Shown here: positions 29,871-39,717 of the stretch, one piece after another | Layout of the letters: each line of letters begins with the position of its first letter | Position numbering within the stretch: position 1 is the first letter of the stretch | NCBI GenBank assembly: GCA_965228855.1 | Contig: CBDDIJ010000005.1 | Span: 288,001 to 352,000, forward strand | Origin: Candidatus Obscuribacterales bacterium | GTDB lineage: Bacteria; Cyanobacteriota; Vampirovibrionia; Obscuribacterales; Obscuribacteraceae | Direction: 5' to 3' | DNA: 64,000 nt | The notes under the pieces: model-generated | The model's database searches: none | What the model was told of the DNA's origin: nothing | What the model saw: only the letters and a program-made list of their open reading frames with translations | Made by a program: the position numbers and the translations under genes

Positions 29871-31147
29871 GTCTTACTTCCGACAAGTTGCGCGAGATCA
29901 ACCGCAAAAGTGGGATAGGAGACGCTCATGCATGAAGGATCATCGATGTCGAGCTGAGCGTCAAAAACTTGGGCTGCAATTAAACCGGTCATGGCTAAAC
30001 GATGGTCGAGATGAGTCAGCCAGGGGCTTCCACCTCGAATCGTTTTCTGCCCTTTGATTGTGAAACCATCCGGTTGTTCTTCTACTTTCACGCCGGCAGC
30101 CTTCAGGTTATCGCACAATGAAGTAATGCGGTCGCTCTCTTTATGACGTAATTCGGCGGCGCCGGAAACGTGGAACTCGCCCTCGCAAAGCGCACCGGCA
30201 ATTGCAAGAATCGGAATCTCGTCTATACCGGATGCGATGCTATCCGGCGGCACAGCGATCCCTTTCAAACGACCGTTGTATCGAATGTGGATATCTGCAA
30301 CTGGTTCTCCGCACAGAACCCGAGCGTTCTCAATCTCAACCGAAGCGCCCATACTGCGCAGTATATCAACGATCAAGGTACGACCAGGATTCATACCAAC
30401 AGTCGTCAATGTCAGGTCGGAACCGGGTGAACATGCAGCAGCCACCATAAAAAACGCGGCAGAAGAGATATCGGATGGAACGGTCAGTTCATAAGCATTA
30501 ACCGGCTTTGCCAGCCGCTTGACGCTCAGCGTCTTGCCGTTCTGATTAAACGGAATGCCTATGTATTCGAACATTCTGCGAGTGTGATCTCGCACCGTAT
30601 GCGGTGCAGTTACCGATGTCTCGCCGTCAGCTTGAAGACCCGCAAGAAGGACACAAGCCTCGACTTGCGCAGATGCTACTTTCAGCTCGAAGCTTTTGCC
30701 AATCAGGTTGCCACCCGTTATTTGGAATGGGGCAAATGTATCTTCACTTGCTGAGACCTGCGCCCCGAGTTCACGCAGAGGCTCGAACACTCGCTTCATC
30801 GTGCGTTTCCGCAGCGACTCATCCCCATCGAACTTACTGACGAACGGTCGGCCAGCCACCAGTCCCGACATCAATCGAATGGTCGTTCCGCTGTTTCCGG
30901 CATCGAGAATATCCGTGGGATCCACCAGCGAATCGATTCCATTATTCTCAATCTCGAATACGCCCGTTTCGTCACGAGTTATTTTTAGTCCGAGCTTTCG
31001 CAAGCACTCGGCGGAACTCTCGACATCGTGGGCAGGCGAACAGTTAAAAACCCGGCTCTTGCCCGTGCTAAACGCCGAAAAGATCAGCGCACGATGAGAT
31101 ATTGATTTATCGCCCGGGACAGTGAGCGAACCGATGAAGGGTGCCAT
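29867..31147 (-). CDS. aroA: 3-phosphoshikimate 1-carboxyvinyltransferase (EPSP synthase)
   Basis: PGDKSISHR, GNSGTTIRL, ASAQV, RDHT, DISSAAF, IDEIP, ELRHKESDR, DHRLAM. Confidence 0.97.
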   Translation of the reverse strand: MAPFIGSLTVPGDKSISHRALIFSAFSTGKSRVFNCSPAHDVESSAECLRKLGLKITRDETGVFEIENNGIDSLVDPTDILDAGNSGTTIRLMSGLVAGRPFVSKFDGDESLRKRTMKRVFEPLRELGAQVSASEDTFAPFQITGGNLIGKSFELKVASAQVEACVLLAGLQADGETSVTAPHTVRDHTRRMFEYIGIPFNQNGKTLSVKRLAKPVNAYELTVPSDISSAAFFMVAAACSPGSDLTLTTVGMNPGRTLIVDILRSMGASVEIENARVLCGEPVADIHIRYNGRLKGIAVPPDSIASGIDEIPILAIAGALCEGEFHVSGAAELRHKESDRITSLCDNLKAAGVKVEEQPDGFTIKGQKTIRGGSPWLTHLDHRLAMTGLIAAQVFDAQLDIDDPSCMSVSYPTFAVDLAQLVGSKT

Positions 31148-31248
31148 TACGATTTACCTGTAACAGATTTACATCCGTTTGAGATGCGGAAAAACAGTCG
31201 CTCACTATTGTAAGATCATCGGGTCCGAAGAAACACAGGATTCATGAG

Positions 31249-32472
31249 ATGTTGCGGTTCTTAACAAGCGGCGAATCACACGGCAAAGGCCTGGTAGCTA
31301 TGCTGGAAGGTTTTCCTTCCGGACTGGCCGTCGATGGTGAAAAGATAAATGACGAATTGTTCAAACGGCAGCAGGGCTACGGCCGCGGTGCTCGCCAAAA
31401 GATTGAAAAGGACAAGGCGGAAATTTTAAGTGGTGTTCGGCATGGCACCACCACCGGTGCCCCGATCGCGTTATTGATTGAAAACAAAGATTGGGCTAAC
31501 TGGCTTGACGTGATGTCTACTGAGCCCGTCGACGTAACGGACAGCGAGATAGCAGACAAACTAGCGAAGAAGACGATAAAACATTTCCGCCCGGGTCACG
31601 CCGATCTTGCCGGTACGATCAAGTACAAGCACGATGATATTCGCAATGTGTTGGAACGGGCAAGCGCCAGAGAGACGGCCGCGAGAGTCGCTGCTGGTGC
31701 TCTCTGCCAGCAGTTTCTCGCCGCCTTCGGAATAAAAATAGTCAGCCACGTTATCCAGGTTGGATCGGTAAAGGCCGGCACGGCGGAAGACGATGACCTG
31801 GAAAGAATTGAAGCGGCAATCGCCGACTCAGAGCTATTCTGCGCGTCACAAGATGCGACCGAAGAGATGAAAAATTACATCAAGGAGACCTGGAGTGAAG
31901 GAGACAGCCTCGGCGGAGTAATCGAGGTTCTCGCCGACGGCTTGCCTGTAGGATTGGGCAGCTATACACAGTGGGACAGGAAGCTCGATGGACGTCTGGC
32001 CCAAGCAATTTGCAGCATACAGGCAATGAAGGCTGTCGAGCTGGGTGATGGCATCTCTGCCTCAAGCAGCAAAGGCTCCAGGGTTCACGATGCGCTTTAT
32101 CCGGCCTCACAAGAAAGTGACGGCTACTTGCCGTTTCAACGGAAAACTAATCGCGCAGGCGGTCTGGAAGGCGGTATGACAAACGGGGAGCGACTCGTAG
32201 TTCGCGCATACATGAAACCAATTCCGACTTTGCTTCGTGGACTGGATTCTGTTTCCTATCCGGATTTCGTCGCGCACAAAGCAGACTACGAACGGTCCGA
32301 TGTTTGTGCAATCGCTGCAGCTTCAGTGGTGGCACGCGCGATGGTGGCGATAATTCTAGCTGATGCGTTCATGGACAAATTTGGCGGCGATTCGATATCG
32401 GACATACGTGACGCATATGACAATTATCGGACATCTCTGCGAAGCGCAAAACCCAAGCCCAGTCAGGTTTAA
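31249..32472 (+). CDS. aroC: Chorismate synthase
   Basis: TSGESHG, RQQGYGRG, RPGHAD, ERASARETA, GGLEGGMTNG, MKPIPTL, ERSD. Confidence 0.97.
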   Translation: MLRFLTSGESHGKGLVAMLEGFPSGLAVDGEKINDELFKRQQGYGRGARQKIEKDKAEILSGVRHGTTTGAPIALLIENKDWANWLDVMSTEPVDVTDSEIADKLAKKTIKHFRPGHADLAGTIKYKHDDIRNVLERASARETAARVAAGALCQQFLAAFGIKIVSHVIQVGSVKAGTAEDDDLERIEAAIADSELFCASQDATEEMKNYIKETWSEGDSLGGVIEVLADGLPVGLGSYTQWDRKLDGRLAQAICSIQAMKAVELGDGISASSSKGSRVHDALYPASQESDGYLPFQRKTNRAGGLEGGMTNGERLVVRAYMKPIPTLLRGLDSVSYPDFVAHKADYERSDVCAIAAASVVARAMVAIILADAFMDKFGGDSISDIRDAYDNYRTSLRSAKPKPSQV

Positions 32473-32587
32473 CAACATCATCAGCGAGTGATGTAAGCGC
32501 GACCACGGAAAAAGCTTTCGATATGTAATAAACGCTTATAGGCTGGGCATAGAGGTCTATGAGTAGCTTGGATGAAACTGCTATGGT

Positions 32588-33826
32588 TTGATTTCCAGAC
32601 CGTTACGCGAATCTTCTCAAGAACTTATGGCTACGCGGCCACGACGCGGTCAACTTCACACGCCGAAAGGGAGCATCTCTATCATGCGTCACAAAGCCAA
32701 ACACCGGGGACCGGTCGTCACAATGTTGTGGAACACGGCGCTCGAAGTTCGCACACGAGTAGCTGTTGGAGCCGGTGCCCGACATAAGTTGTCGAGCACG
32801 CTCGCACAAATCGGCGCTGGAAAACGGGTGCTGGTGCTGTGTCAGGCGTCGACAGCCGTTCATTGGCTCAGAGACGTATTAGACGACCTACCTGGCGAAG
32901 ACTTCAAAGTGACCACGCTTGAAGTTCCGGACGGCGAAGCTTGCAAGTCGACAGACTGGTTGATTCGTATCTGGGAACACCTACAGGAACGCAGTTTCGA
33001 TAGACACGACACGATAGTCGCCCTGGGCGGAGGTTCAGTTTCCGACCTGGCCGGATTCGCGGCCTCGACTTACTTGCGAGGTTTAAACCTTGTGATTGTG
33101 CCGACTTCCCTTCTCGCGCAAGTCGACGCCGCCATCGGAGGCAAAACAGCAGTTAACTTACCGGCCGGTAAAAACCTCGCCGGTACCTATTTCTTTCCTA
33201 AAGCGGTCCTCGCGGATCAAGAGATGCTCAGCACGGTTCCACGAAAACAGGTAATGAGCGCTATTGGCGAGATCTTGAAATACGCAATGATCGAAGAAAC
33301 CGTTGCGAAAAACAGCGATTACGAGATGGGACCAACACCACTTATCGATGTGCTGGAGAAGATTATCAAGGACGGCTTCGATATTGAAGATCCGGGAATA
33401 TCCGGACTCATTACAAGCTGTATTAAGATGAAACTGTATATAGTGGCACGCGACCCGCGGGAAGCAAATCTCAGACGAATTTTGAACCTGGGACACACCG
33501 TCGGTCATGCCCTGGAGAAAGTCGGAGACTTCAAGCTCAGTCACGGAGAGGCAGTCGGCATCGGTCTTGTGCAAACGACAAAATTGTCAGTCGCACAAAA
33601 ACGCATAGAGAAAGCAGCGGTCGAGCGTGTCAAAGAGATTTTGATCAGGGCTGAATTACCGCATGAACTGCCGAAAGGAAGCAATAAAGAAGAGCTGGTC
33701 AGCACCATGGCTCACGATAAAAAGCGACACGGCGAAAACATCAAACTTGTCTTGCCGCACACGCGTCTCGGCATGGTCGACTACGAAGTGTCCTATCCTA
33801 TTGCAGACCTCAATAAACTCCTCTGA
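32588..33826 (+). CDS. aroB: 3-dehydroquinate synthase with N-terminal extension
   Basis: DGEACK, ALGGGSVSDLAGF, AQVDAAIGGKT, LNLGHTVGHALE, HGEAV, HDKK. Start is TTG 32588 or ATG 32627. Confidence 0.95.
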   Translation: MISRPLRESSQELMATRPRRGQLHTPKGSISIMRHKAKHRGPVVTMLWNTALEVRTRVAVGAGARHKLSSTLAQIGAGKRVLVLCQASTAVHWLRDVLDDLPGEDFKVTTLEVPDGEACKSTDWLIRIWEHLQERSFDRHDTIVALGGGSVSDLAGFAASTYLRGLNLVIVPTSLLAQVDAAIGGKTAVNLPAGKNLAGTYFFPKAVLADQEMLSTVPRKQVMSAIGEILKYAMIEETVAKNSDYEMGPTPLIDVLEKIIKDGFDIEDPGISGLITSCIKMKLYIVARDPREANLRRILNLGHTVGHALEKVGDFKLSHGEAVGIGLVQTTKLSVAQKRIEKAAVERVKEILIRAELPHELPKGSNKEELVSTMAHDKKRHGENIKLVLPHTRLGMVDYEVSYPIADLNKLL

Positions 33827-34767
33827 TGAATGCGTCAGGTGCGACATCCGATCCGTCAAAGACTACCGCTGAGCTCTCCATCGCGTTCCAGGGAGCGCCT
33901 GGAGCCTACAGTCATGTCGCGGCTCGTATGTTTCTGGCGAAGAAGGGCAAGGAGCTGGGATTACCGACTGACCCCAAAAGTGCCGAAGAACTGTCGGTTG
34001 TTTTCGAGTCCTGCAAATCGTTTCAAGAAGTCTACGACAAGGTTCGCGATGGCGAATGCAAATTCGGAGTGATCCCCCTTGCGAATTCATCGATAGGTGC
34101 CATTACACCCGCCTGGGAGCTCATTCTTCAGTATCAGGTCTCATTCATCGCTGACGTCTACGTTCCGGTCCACCATCAGCTGCTCGGCCTTCCTGGGACC
34201 AATCCGAAAGACATCAGGGTTGTGCTATCACATCCGGTGGCGTTAAAGCAATGTATTCGTTTTTTAAACCAGATGCCGTGGGCGCAGAGTACGGGTTTCT
34301 GGGATACGAGCGGCGCCGCCTTTCATGTAAAAGAACAGAATGATCCATCGATCGTGGCAATCGCCGGTGAAGCTTCAGCAACCCTTACCGGATTAACTAT
34401 CCTCGCAAGAGATATCGAAGACTTTAAACACAATGAAACCAGATTCGGTATCATCGCGCCGGTGAATGTAGCCATGGATGCCGTCAGCAAAAACTTTCCA
34501 ACCCGGCCCCGACTGAGTTGTTGTGTAGAGCTTGATCCGGAGACCATCGAGTTTTCCACATTTGTAGCGTCGACGATCGGCAGGCACAACGCCAAGGTTT
34601 TATCAATAGTACCGCTGATGATTCCCGAACGCTCGTGGCAGTACCGATACGTTTTCGAGCTGGAGCTAGGCTCAAACCAACAAACTCAGAACATCTGGAC
34701 AGCAATTAGAGATAATGCGACGAAAGCTCGCATTCTCGGGGTCTACAGCTCTATTCGCATTACTTAA
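33826..34767 (+). CDS. pheA: Prephenate dehydratase (degenerate ACT domain)
   Basis: [38 protein letters not shown]. Confidence 0.88.
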   Translation: MNASGATSDPSKTTAELSIAFQGAPGAYSHVAARMFLAKKGKELGLPTDPKSAEELSVVFESCKSFQEVYDKVRDGECKFGVIPLANSSIGAITPAWELILQYQVSFIADVYVPVHHQLLGLPGTNPKDIRVVLSHPVALKQCIRFLNQMPWAQSTGFWDTSGAAFHVKEQNDPSIVAIAGEASATLTGLTILARDIEDFKHNETRFGIIAPVNVAMDAVSKNFPTRPRLSCCVELDPETIEFSTFVASTIGRHNAKVLSIVPLMIPERSWQYRYVFELELGSNQQTQNIWTAIRDNATKARILGVYSSIRIT

Positions 34768-35159
34768 TCGCCGTCAAACTTGAGCGACGCGGAATTTATG
34801 CAATAACGCAGACCCGTCGGTCTCGGACCATCTTCGAAGACATGCCCAAGGTGAGCGTCGCAGCGAGAACAGTGCACTTCTACTCGCTTCATAAATAAGG
34901 TCCGATCCTCTTCCGTTTCGACAGCCTCAGGTGAAACCGGCTGGTAGTAGCTCGGCCACCCGGATCCAGAGTCGTACTTGGTGTCTGAGTGAAACAACTC
35001 AGCATCGCAACAGACGCAGAGATAGCGCCCTTTCTCTTTGTTGTCCCAGTATTTGCCGGTGAAAGCGCGTTCTGTTCCCTTCTCACGGGTGACGTGGTAC
35101 TGCTGCGGCTCCAGCTGCTGCTTCCACTCGTCCTCCGACTTCCTGATTTTTTCCGTCAT
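34764..35159 (-). CDS. msrB: Peptide-methionine (R)-S-oxide reductase
   Basis: [36 protein letters not shown]. Confidence 0.97.
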   Translation of the reverse strand: MTEKIRKSEDEWKQQLEPQQYHVTREKGTERAFTGKYWDNKEKGRYLCVCCDAELFHSDTKYDSGSGWPSYYQPVSPEAVETEEDRTLFMKRVEVHCSRCDAHLGHVFEDGPRPTGLRYCINSASLKFDGD

Positions 35160-35301
35160 TGTGCCCTCAACCTCAGTCGATAATCGTTGTTATAGCACGG
35201 CGCCGAAAGATTTTTGTGTTTCGCGCAACTTTTCAAAACAGCCTGTGTAATGTGTTTGAAGGGAGAGGGCTGACACTGCACAAGCCACAGGAGCAAATAT
35301 C

Positions 35302-35853
35302 ATGAGTTTCAATTCGAGTAAAACAGAATCACCGAAATGTCCAATTCACGCAATGCAAAAGTTGTGTTCAACGAAATTGCGGAAGTCCACCGTAGCTATC
35401 GTTAGCTTACTAACAGTTGCGGGGCTATCGGCATCACAGTTCGTTCCGGCATGGGCGGACAAAACGGTTGCAAGAGCTCTGGTCGATCCAGAGCTGGAAA
35501 TTGCTCTATCCAACCATTTCAAAAAGCGGTTCTTCAATCTGATAGAAGCAACGGACGAACAACAAAACAAGCTTTCCAGCATACTGACGAAACAACTGGA
35601 AGACGCGCGTCCGCTGCGCGCTCAGATCAAAGAAGATCTGCTTGACCTATCCGACCTGATGGCAGACGAGTCTTCGACTGACGAGGTCATAAAGAACAAG
35701 GTCAGCGAGATAAAAGAACTGCGCGAGCAAATTCAAGACAAGCGCCTCAACTCAATTCTCAGCGCCCGAGCAATTCTCACAGCAGATCAGAAGCGCATCG
35801 TCTCTCAACGCATGAAGGGCTTTCTGACCGGAAATCCGCGCCTCGGTCGTTGA
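35302..35853 (+). CDS. Spy/CpxP-family periplasmic chaperone-like protein
   Basis: Signal peptide; two LTxxQ-like motifs (ATDEQ, LTADQ); AGGAG SD. Confidence 0.75.
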   Translation: MSFNSSKTESPKCPIHAMQKLCSTKLRKSTVAIVSLLTVAGLSASQFVPAWADKTVARALVDPELEIALSNHFKKRFFNLIEATDEQQNKLSSILTKQLEDARPLRAQIKEDLLDLSDLMADESSTDEVIKNKVSEIKELREQIQDKRLNSILSARAILTADQKRIVSQRMKGFLTGNPRLGR

Positions 35854-36557
35854 GACCTGATAAATTCGTCGAATACTCAGGCGAGGTATATATGCTAGGA
35901 AGCGGCACATTGTGGCCCAAACGCAAAAAGATTTCCCTCTGGACGATGGGCAACGTGGAGAATCCAAAGAGAAGCGCGAGCGACATAACTACAATTGCCG
36001 ACGCCGAACTCGTTGGGAAGACACGTGCGGGCGACAATAAGGCTTTCGAGGTCCTCGTGCGGCGGTATCAAAAGCTGGTCTACAACATCATTTATCAAAT
36101 GATTCGAAATCATGACTCAGCGTCCGATCTCACACAGGATACATTCTTGAAAGCCTACAAAGCGCTTCCTAGCTTTGATACAACAAAAAGCTTTAAACCA
36201 TGGCTTTTAAAAATTGCTACAAACTCGACACTAAACACAATCCGCGATCAAAAAGGTCAGCAATCGCTAGAAGAACTTTTGGAGGTGAATCCCCAAGCAG
36301 AACCGGCATCAACAGAGGATGTAGAACAGGAGGTAGAATGGAGAGTTTCACAGCACATGCTCTTCGACGCCCTGGGACAGCTTCCGATTCAACAGAGAAA
36401 AACTTTTGTGCTGCGTTATCAACAAGATTTGCCGTATGAGGAAATCGCTGAAATAAGCGAGCTTTCGGTGAGTTCGGTGAAGTCGCTGCTCTTTCGCGCA
36501 CGAGAAAACTTGAGAAAGATACTGTCCGAACAGCTTGCAGTCTCACAAAACGTATGA
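35850..36557 (+). CDS. ECF RNA polymerase sigma factor
   Basis: AFEVLVRRYQ, DLTQDTFLKAY, FKPWLLKIA, YEEIAE, VKSLLFRAR. Start uncertain (TTG 35850, ATG 35892 or ATG 35946). Confidence 0.93.
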   Translation: MRPDKFVEYSGEVYMLGSGTLWPKRKKISLWTMGNVENPKRSASDITTIADAELVGKTRAGDNKAFEVLVRRYQKLVYNIIYQMIRNHDSASDLTQDTFLKAYKALPSFDTTKSFKPWLLKIATNSTLNTIRDQKGQQSLEELLEVNPQAEPASTEDVEQEVEWRVSQHMLFDALGQLPIQQRKTFVLRYQQDLPYEEIAEISELSVSSVKSLLFRARENLRKILSEQLAVSQNV

Positions 36558-36572
36558 AGGTGGTGATTTAAG

Positions 36573-37034
36573 GTGGATGAATTGAACGAAACAAAATGCA
36601 GCAGAGTTCGAGAAATTTTGACAGAGATTCTGGACGATACTGCCGACTCAACCAGAAATAATCTGGAGAATAGCACTCAAGAAGTCGATGGTGAGCGCGT
36701 ATCGATTCACTTGCAGAGTTGCGATCGTTGTCAAAATTGGCAAGCGCAAACAGAAGAAATGGTGGACATGGCAAGATTGCTACCGCAATTTGACGTTTCG
36801 GAACGCCTGACTCAAAGCATTCTTGCGCAGGTGGCCGTGGTGGAAAGTTCTAAACAGCAACAATTGAGCTGGCTCGTATACGCCGCGGCCGTTGCTCTGT
36901 TCCTTTACGTAATGCTGTTCGTCGATGCGTTCGAATCGGTGTGGGGAATTGGTTCCTGGATTGTAGGTTTAGGAACTATGATTGGATTGAAACTGCTCAT
37001 TGCCGAGCCCAGAAAAGAAAGTCAGGTGGTATGA
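36573..37034 (+). CDS. Zinc-binding (ZAS) anti-sigma factor with two TM helices
   Basis: HLQSCDRC (HxxxCxxC), immediately downstream of the ECF sigma gene. Confidence 0.85.
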   Translation: MDELNETKCSRVREILTEILDDTADSTRNNLENSTQEVDGERVSIHLQSCDRCQNWQAQTEEMVDMARLLPQFDVSERLTQSILAQVAVVESSKQQQLSWLVYAAAVALFLYVMLFVDAFESVWGIGSWIVGLGTMIGLKLLIAEPRKESQVV

Positions 37035-37984
37035 ATTTTTGGCGCATGGTGACCAGGCAAAAGCCGACGGTGAGGACGCGAGCCGTTGGTTTTCGCTCGA
37101 CACCACATTTGATGGCACTACTACTGCTATTGTTCTATACCACAGTCAGTTTTACCGCATTCGACTCCAACAAAGCAGCAGCCCAAGCCGGCAATGAAAA
37201 CGCTGTTCACGCTCCGGTTGCGACCGAGTCGATTGCAGCAGAAGCGACTGATACCACATCAGCTAAACGCATACTCAGCAAGGAAAACTATCAAAGAAGT
37301 GATGCTCATGATTCGGCTAACGCCTATCCGGCTGGGATGGACGACGAAGATCGCTCTCGAATTGAGAAATTCAAACGTTTGGTTCCTGACCGCTGGCGAG
37401 CGTGGTTGCCGGATGCCCGAGGAAAAGCCCACCACCACACACCAGTTCTATCATACAAATATTGGTCTAACGAGCCAAAACGCTTCGCCCCTACTCTACT
37501 TTTCTGCTTATTCACCGGATTGATCGGCGTCGCATTTTTCTCGCGCCAGGTTACCGTCGCACAAGAATGCTGTAAAACTCAATTCTGGAGCTGCTTTTTC
37601 AAGGCGAGCTTGAGCGGCATCACGGTTCTTATCTCGGTAATCGTTCTCGATAGGCTTGGGATTACAGGCGCTCTGGCCACAACTTTGCTGGCAGTGTTAG
37701 AACTGGTAGTCGTAGCCGGACTATCGGTCGGCGTTTCGCTCATCGGGGAACGCGTACTTGAGAAGACAGGCTTGGCAAGACTCGAGTATTTCAAATCGCA
37801 TCCACGCATGAGCACCTTTACGAAGGTGTTCGTCGGCAGCCTTATTATCGCCCTTATCGTACAAATTCCCGGTCTCGGAAGACTTCCGCGAATCGGAATT
37901 AGAATTGCAACACTAATTGCAGTTCTAGGTGCTGGTGGTTTACTAAATACAAAGTTTGGAACGCAATCTGGAACTCCAGACTGA
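37031..37984 (+). CDS. Multi-pass membrane protein of the ECF operon
   Basis: ATGA overlap with the anti-sigma stop; N-terminal signal and about 5 C-terminal TM helices. Confidence 0.7.
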   Translation: MNFWRMVTRQKPTVRTRAVGFRSTPHLMALLLLLFYTTVSFTAFDSNKAAAQAGNENAVHAPVATESIAAEATDTTSAKRILSKENYQRSDAHDSANAYPAGMDDEDRSRIEKFKRLVPDRWRAWLPDARGKAHHHTPVLSYKYWSNEPKRFAPTLLFCLFTGLIGVAFFSRQVTVAQECCKTQFWSCFFKASLSGITVLISVIVLDRLGITGALATTLLAVLELVVVAGLSVGVSLIGERVLEKTGLARLEYFKSHPRMSTFTKVFVGSLIIALIVQIPGLGRLPRIGIRIATLIAVLGAGGLLNTKFGTQSGTPD

Positions 37985-38083
37985 CTACTCTTCCAGTTGT
38001 CCCCCTAACGACGTGTTGTCGTTAATCCATGCTGCTGCTACGGTTGCTACTACGAGAACGGCCAGACCTGCTAGGAATGACAT
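37985..38083 (-). CDS. Small hydrophobic protein (32 aa)
   Basis: GAGGT SD then ATG 38083: MSFLAGLAVLVVATVAAAWINDNTSLGGQLEE*. Confidence 0.5.
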   Translation of the reverse strand: MSFLAGLAVLVVATVAAAWINDNTSLGGQLEE

Positions 38084-38299
38084 ATAGGACCTCGAAGAGG
38101 GGATGACACAGCAACGTTTACTGCTGTGAGTGAAAGTGTACCAAGTGATATATATCGACTGATCAGACAAAGGCTCACGTTTTATATTAATCCGTGATCA
38201 AGTTGTCAGCAGAACATCCAACACCACTTCTTGGAAAGCCGCGCGGATGGAATCTCACAGACCGTCCACGGACTTTTTGCGAATTGGTTGTCATGGCGC

Positions 38300-39490
38300 T
38301 CATGCAACCACTCGTTTTGGCAGTGCATTTTCGACCTGAATTTGACGGCTGGCGTCCATGATTCGCTCGTATATGTTGCGAACCCGGGCGGCGACGCGCG
38401 GATCTGTGCATGCCAGACCAACCAGATCGAGAACCTCGCGTTCGCGAGCAACGTCACGCGAAGGCACCTTGAGCTCTTGCTTGAGCTCACCTGCACGCAT
38501 AGCGAGCATCAGACGCTCTTCCAGCAAAGCGGCAATGCTCGTGTCGGTTTTGTCAATTTCGCGACGAATATCTTTGAGTTCAGCGACCAAAGTTTCATAA
38601 CCCGTCAGTTTGTGCGACTCTTTGATCTCAGCTTGAGGCTCGTCCACGCCCTTAACTAGAGTCGGATTGCAAATGGTTCTTCCCACCGCCGCTGCAATTG
38701 GTTCGATGCTTCGAATGATTTCAATCATGTCATCCATGTGAATCGCCTGACGTGCGTCGGAAACAGACTTTTCCGGCTCAGGATGGCATTCGATCATCAA
38801 ACCATCAGCGCCGCACGCAATTGCCGCGCGAGCGAGGTCGGCGACCAGCTCTCGGCGTCCACAAGCGTGCGAAGGATCAACCAGAATCGGCAAGTGGGTC
38901 ATTTGCCGAAGGGCTACGACACCGCCGAGGTCAAGCACATTTCTCGTCGCATTATCGTAGCTTCTGATACCGCGCTCGCAAAGAATGACCTGATCGTTGC
39001 CGCCTGCGAGTATGTACTCAGCCGCGTTCACCAGTTCCTCCAGGGTTGCTGATAGCCCACGTTTGAGAATTACGGGCTTACGAAGCGTTCCGATGTGCTT
39101 CAAAAGTTCGAAGTTCTGCATGTTTCGGCTGCCGATCTGCAAAACATCGGCTGTGTGAACGGCGATATCAGCTTGCTTTTCGGACATTACTTCTGTGATA
39201 ACAGGCATACCGTACTTCTTCGAGGTGTCGGAAAGGATTTGCAGTCCTTCTTCTCCTAGTCCCTGGAAAGCGTAGGGCGAAGTGCGTGGCTTGTAGACAC
39301 CACCGCGCAGGGCGCTTACGCCTTGACCACGCAGCGCCGCGCCCACCTGGTCCATTTGCTCCTTCGACTCGACAGAGCACGGTCCGGCAACTATTAATAA
39401 GCTTCTTCCGCCACAGGTGACACCATCGGCGATCTCAACCACAGTGCGTTTTTGGGTTTCGGTAATGCTTGCTTTCAGATTCGTAGACAT
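38300..39490 (-). CDS. aroF: Type I-beta DAHP synthase fused to a C-terminal AroQ chorismate mutase
   Basis: AGPCSVES, KPRTSPYAFQG, QIGSRNMQNF, LKRG, CERGIR, DPSH; C-terminal IRREIDKTD...ER...K...RDVAREREV...SRQIQ. ATG 39490 after AAGGA. Confidence 0.93.
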   Translation of the reverse strand: MSTNLKASITETQKRTVVEIADGVTCGGRSLLIVAGPCSVESKEQMDQVGAALRGQGVSALRGGVYKPRTSPYAFQGLGEEGLQILSDTSKKYGMPVITEVMSEKQADIAVHTADVLQIGSRNMQNFELLKHIGTLRKPVILKRGLSATLEELVNAAEYILAGGNDQVILCERGIRSYDNATRNVLDLGGVVALRQMTHLPILVDPSHACGRRELVADLARAAIACGADGLMIECHPEPEKSVSDARQAIHMDDMIEIIRSIEPIAAAVGRTICNPTLVKGVDEPQAEIKESHKLTGYETLVAELKDIRREIDKTDTSIAALLEERLMLAMRAGELKQELKVPSRDVAREREVLDLVGLACTDPRVAARVRNIYERIMDASRQIQVENALPKRVVA

Positions 39491-39513
39491 TGTTTTGGTT
39501 CCTTGTGAGAGTG

Positions 39514-39548
39514 AAAAAAAAGACCGACTCCGTTGCCCCGGGTCGGTC
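39514..39548 (-). terminator. Intrinsic terminator of attenuator 2 (gene-proximal)
   Basis: Minus strand GACCGAC-CCG-GGGCAA-CGG-A-GTCGGTC followed by T8. Confidence 0.88.
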
Positions 39549-39576
39549 ATCTAGGTCGCGTCAACGCTTCCTGGAC

Positions 39577-39627
39577 TTACCGCCCGGGGACTCTAAACGC
39601 AAAAAACCAAAAACCTTTATTACTCAT
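39577..39627 (-). CDS. Phe/Trp-rich attenuator leader peptide 2
   Basis: AAGGA SD; MSNKGFWFFAFRVPGR*; lies directly upstream of terminator 2. Confidence 0.85.
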   Translation of the reverse strand: MSNKGFWFFAFRVPGR

Positions 39628-39653
39628 GACTCAATTCCTTTACTCGTGTTCTG

Positions 39654-39689
39654 AAACAAAAAGACCGCCTGCTTGTTTTGCATGCGGTC
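39654..39689 (-). terminator. Intrinsic terminator of attenuator 1 (promoter-proximal)
   Basis: Minus strand GACCGC-A-TGC-AAAACAA-GCA-G-GCGGTC followed by TTTTTGTTT. Confidence 0.8.
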
Positions 39690-39717
39690 CACCTCGGGTA
39701 ATCATCGTGAATCTAAC

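Noticed and set aside
32633..32675. RRGQLHTPKGSI resembling the N-terminus of tRNA-guanine transglycosylase
   Set aside because: The match is too short and lacks the following TPxFMPVGT; probably coincidence.
32572..32787. MKLLWFDF... ORF as an aromatic leader peptide for aroB
   Set aside because: It is 71 aa long, overlaps aroB out of frame, and has no SD or terminator.
39491..39550. Track start of the DAHP synthase at 39550
   Set aside because: The extension runs through terminator 2 and its U-tract; the SD supports ATG 39490.
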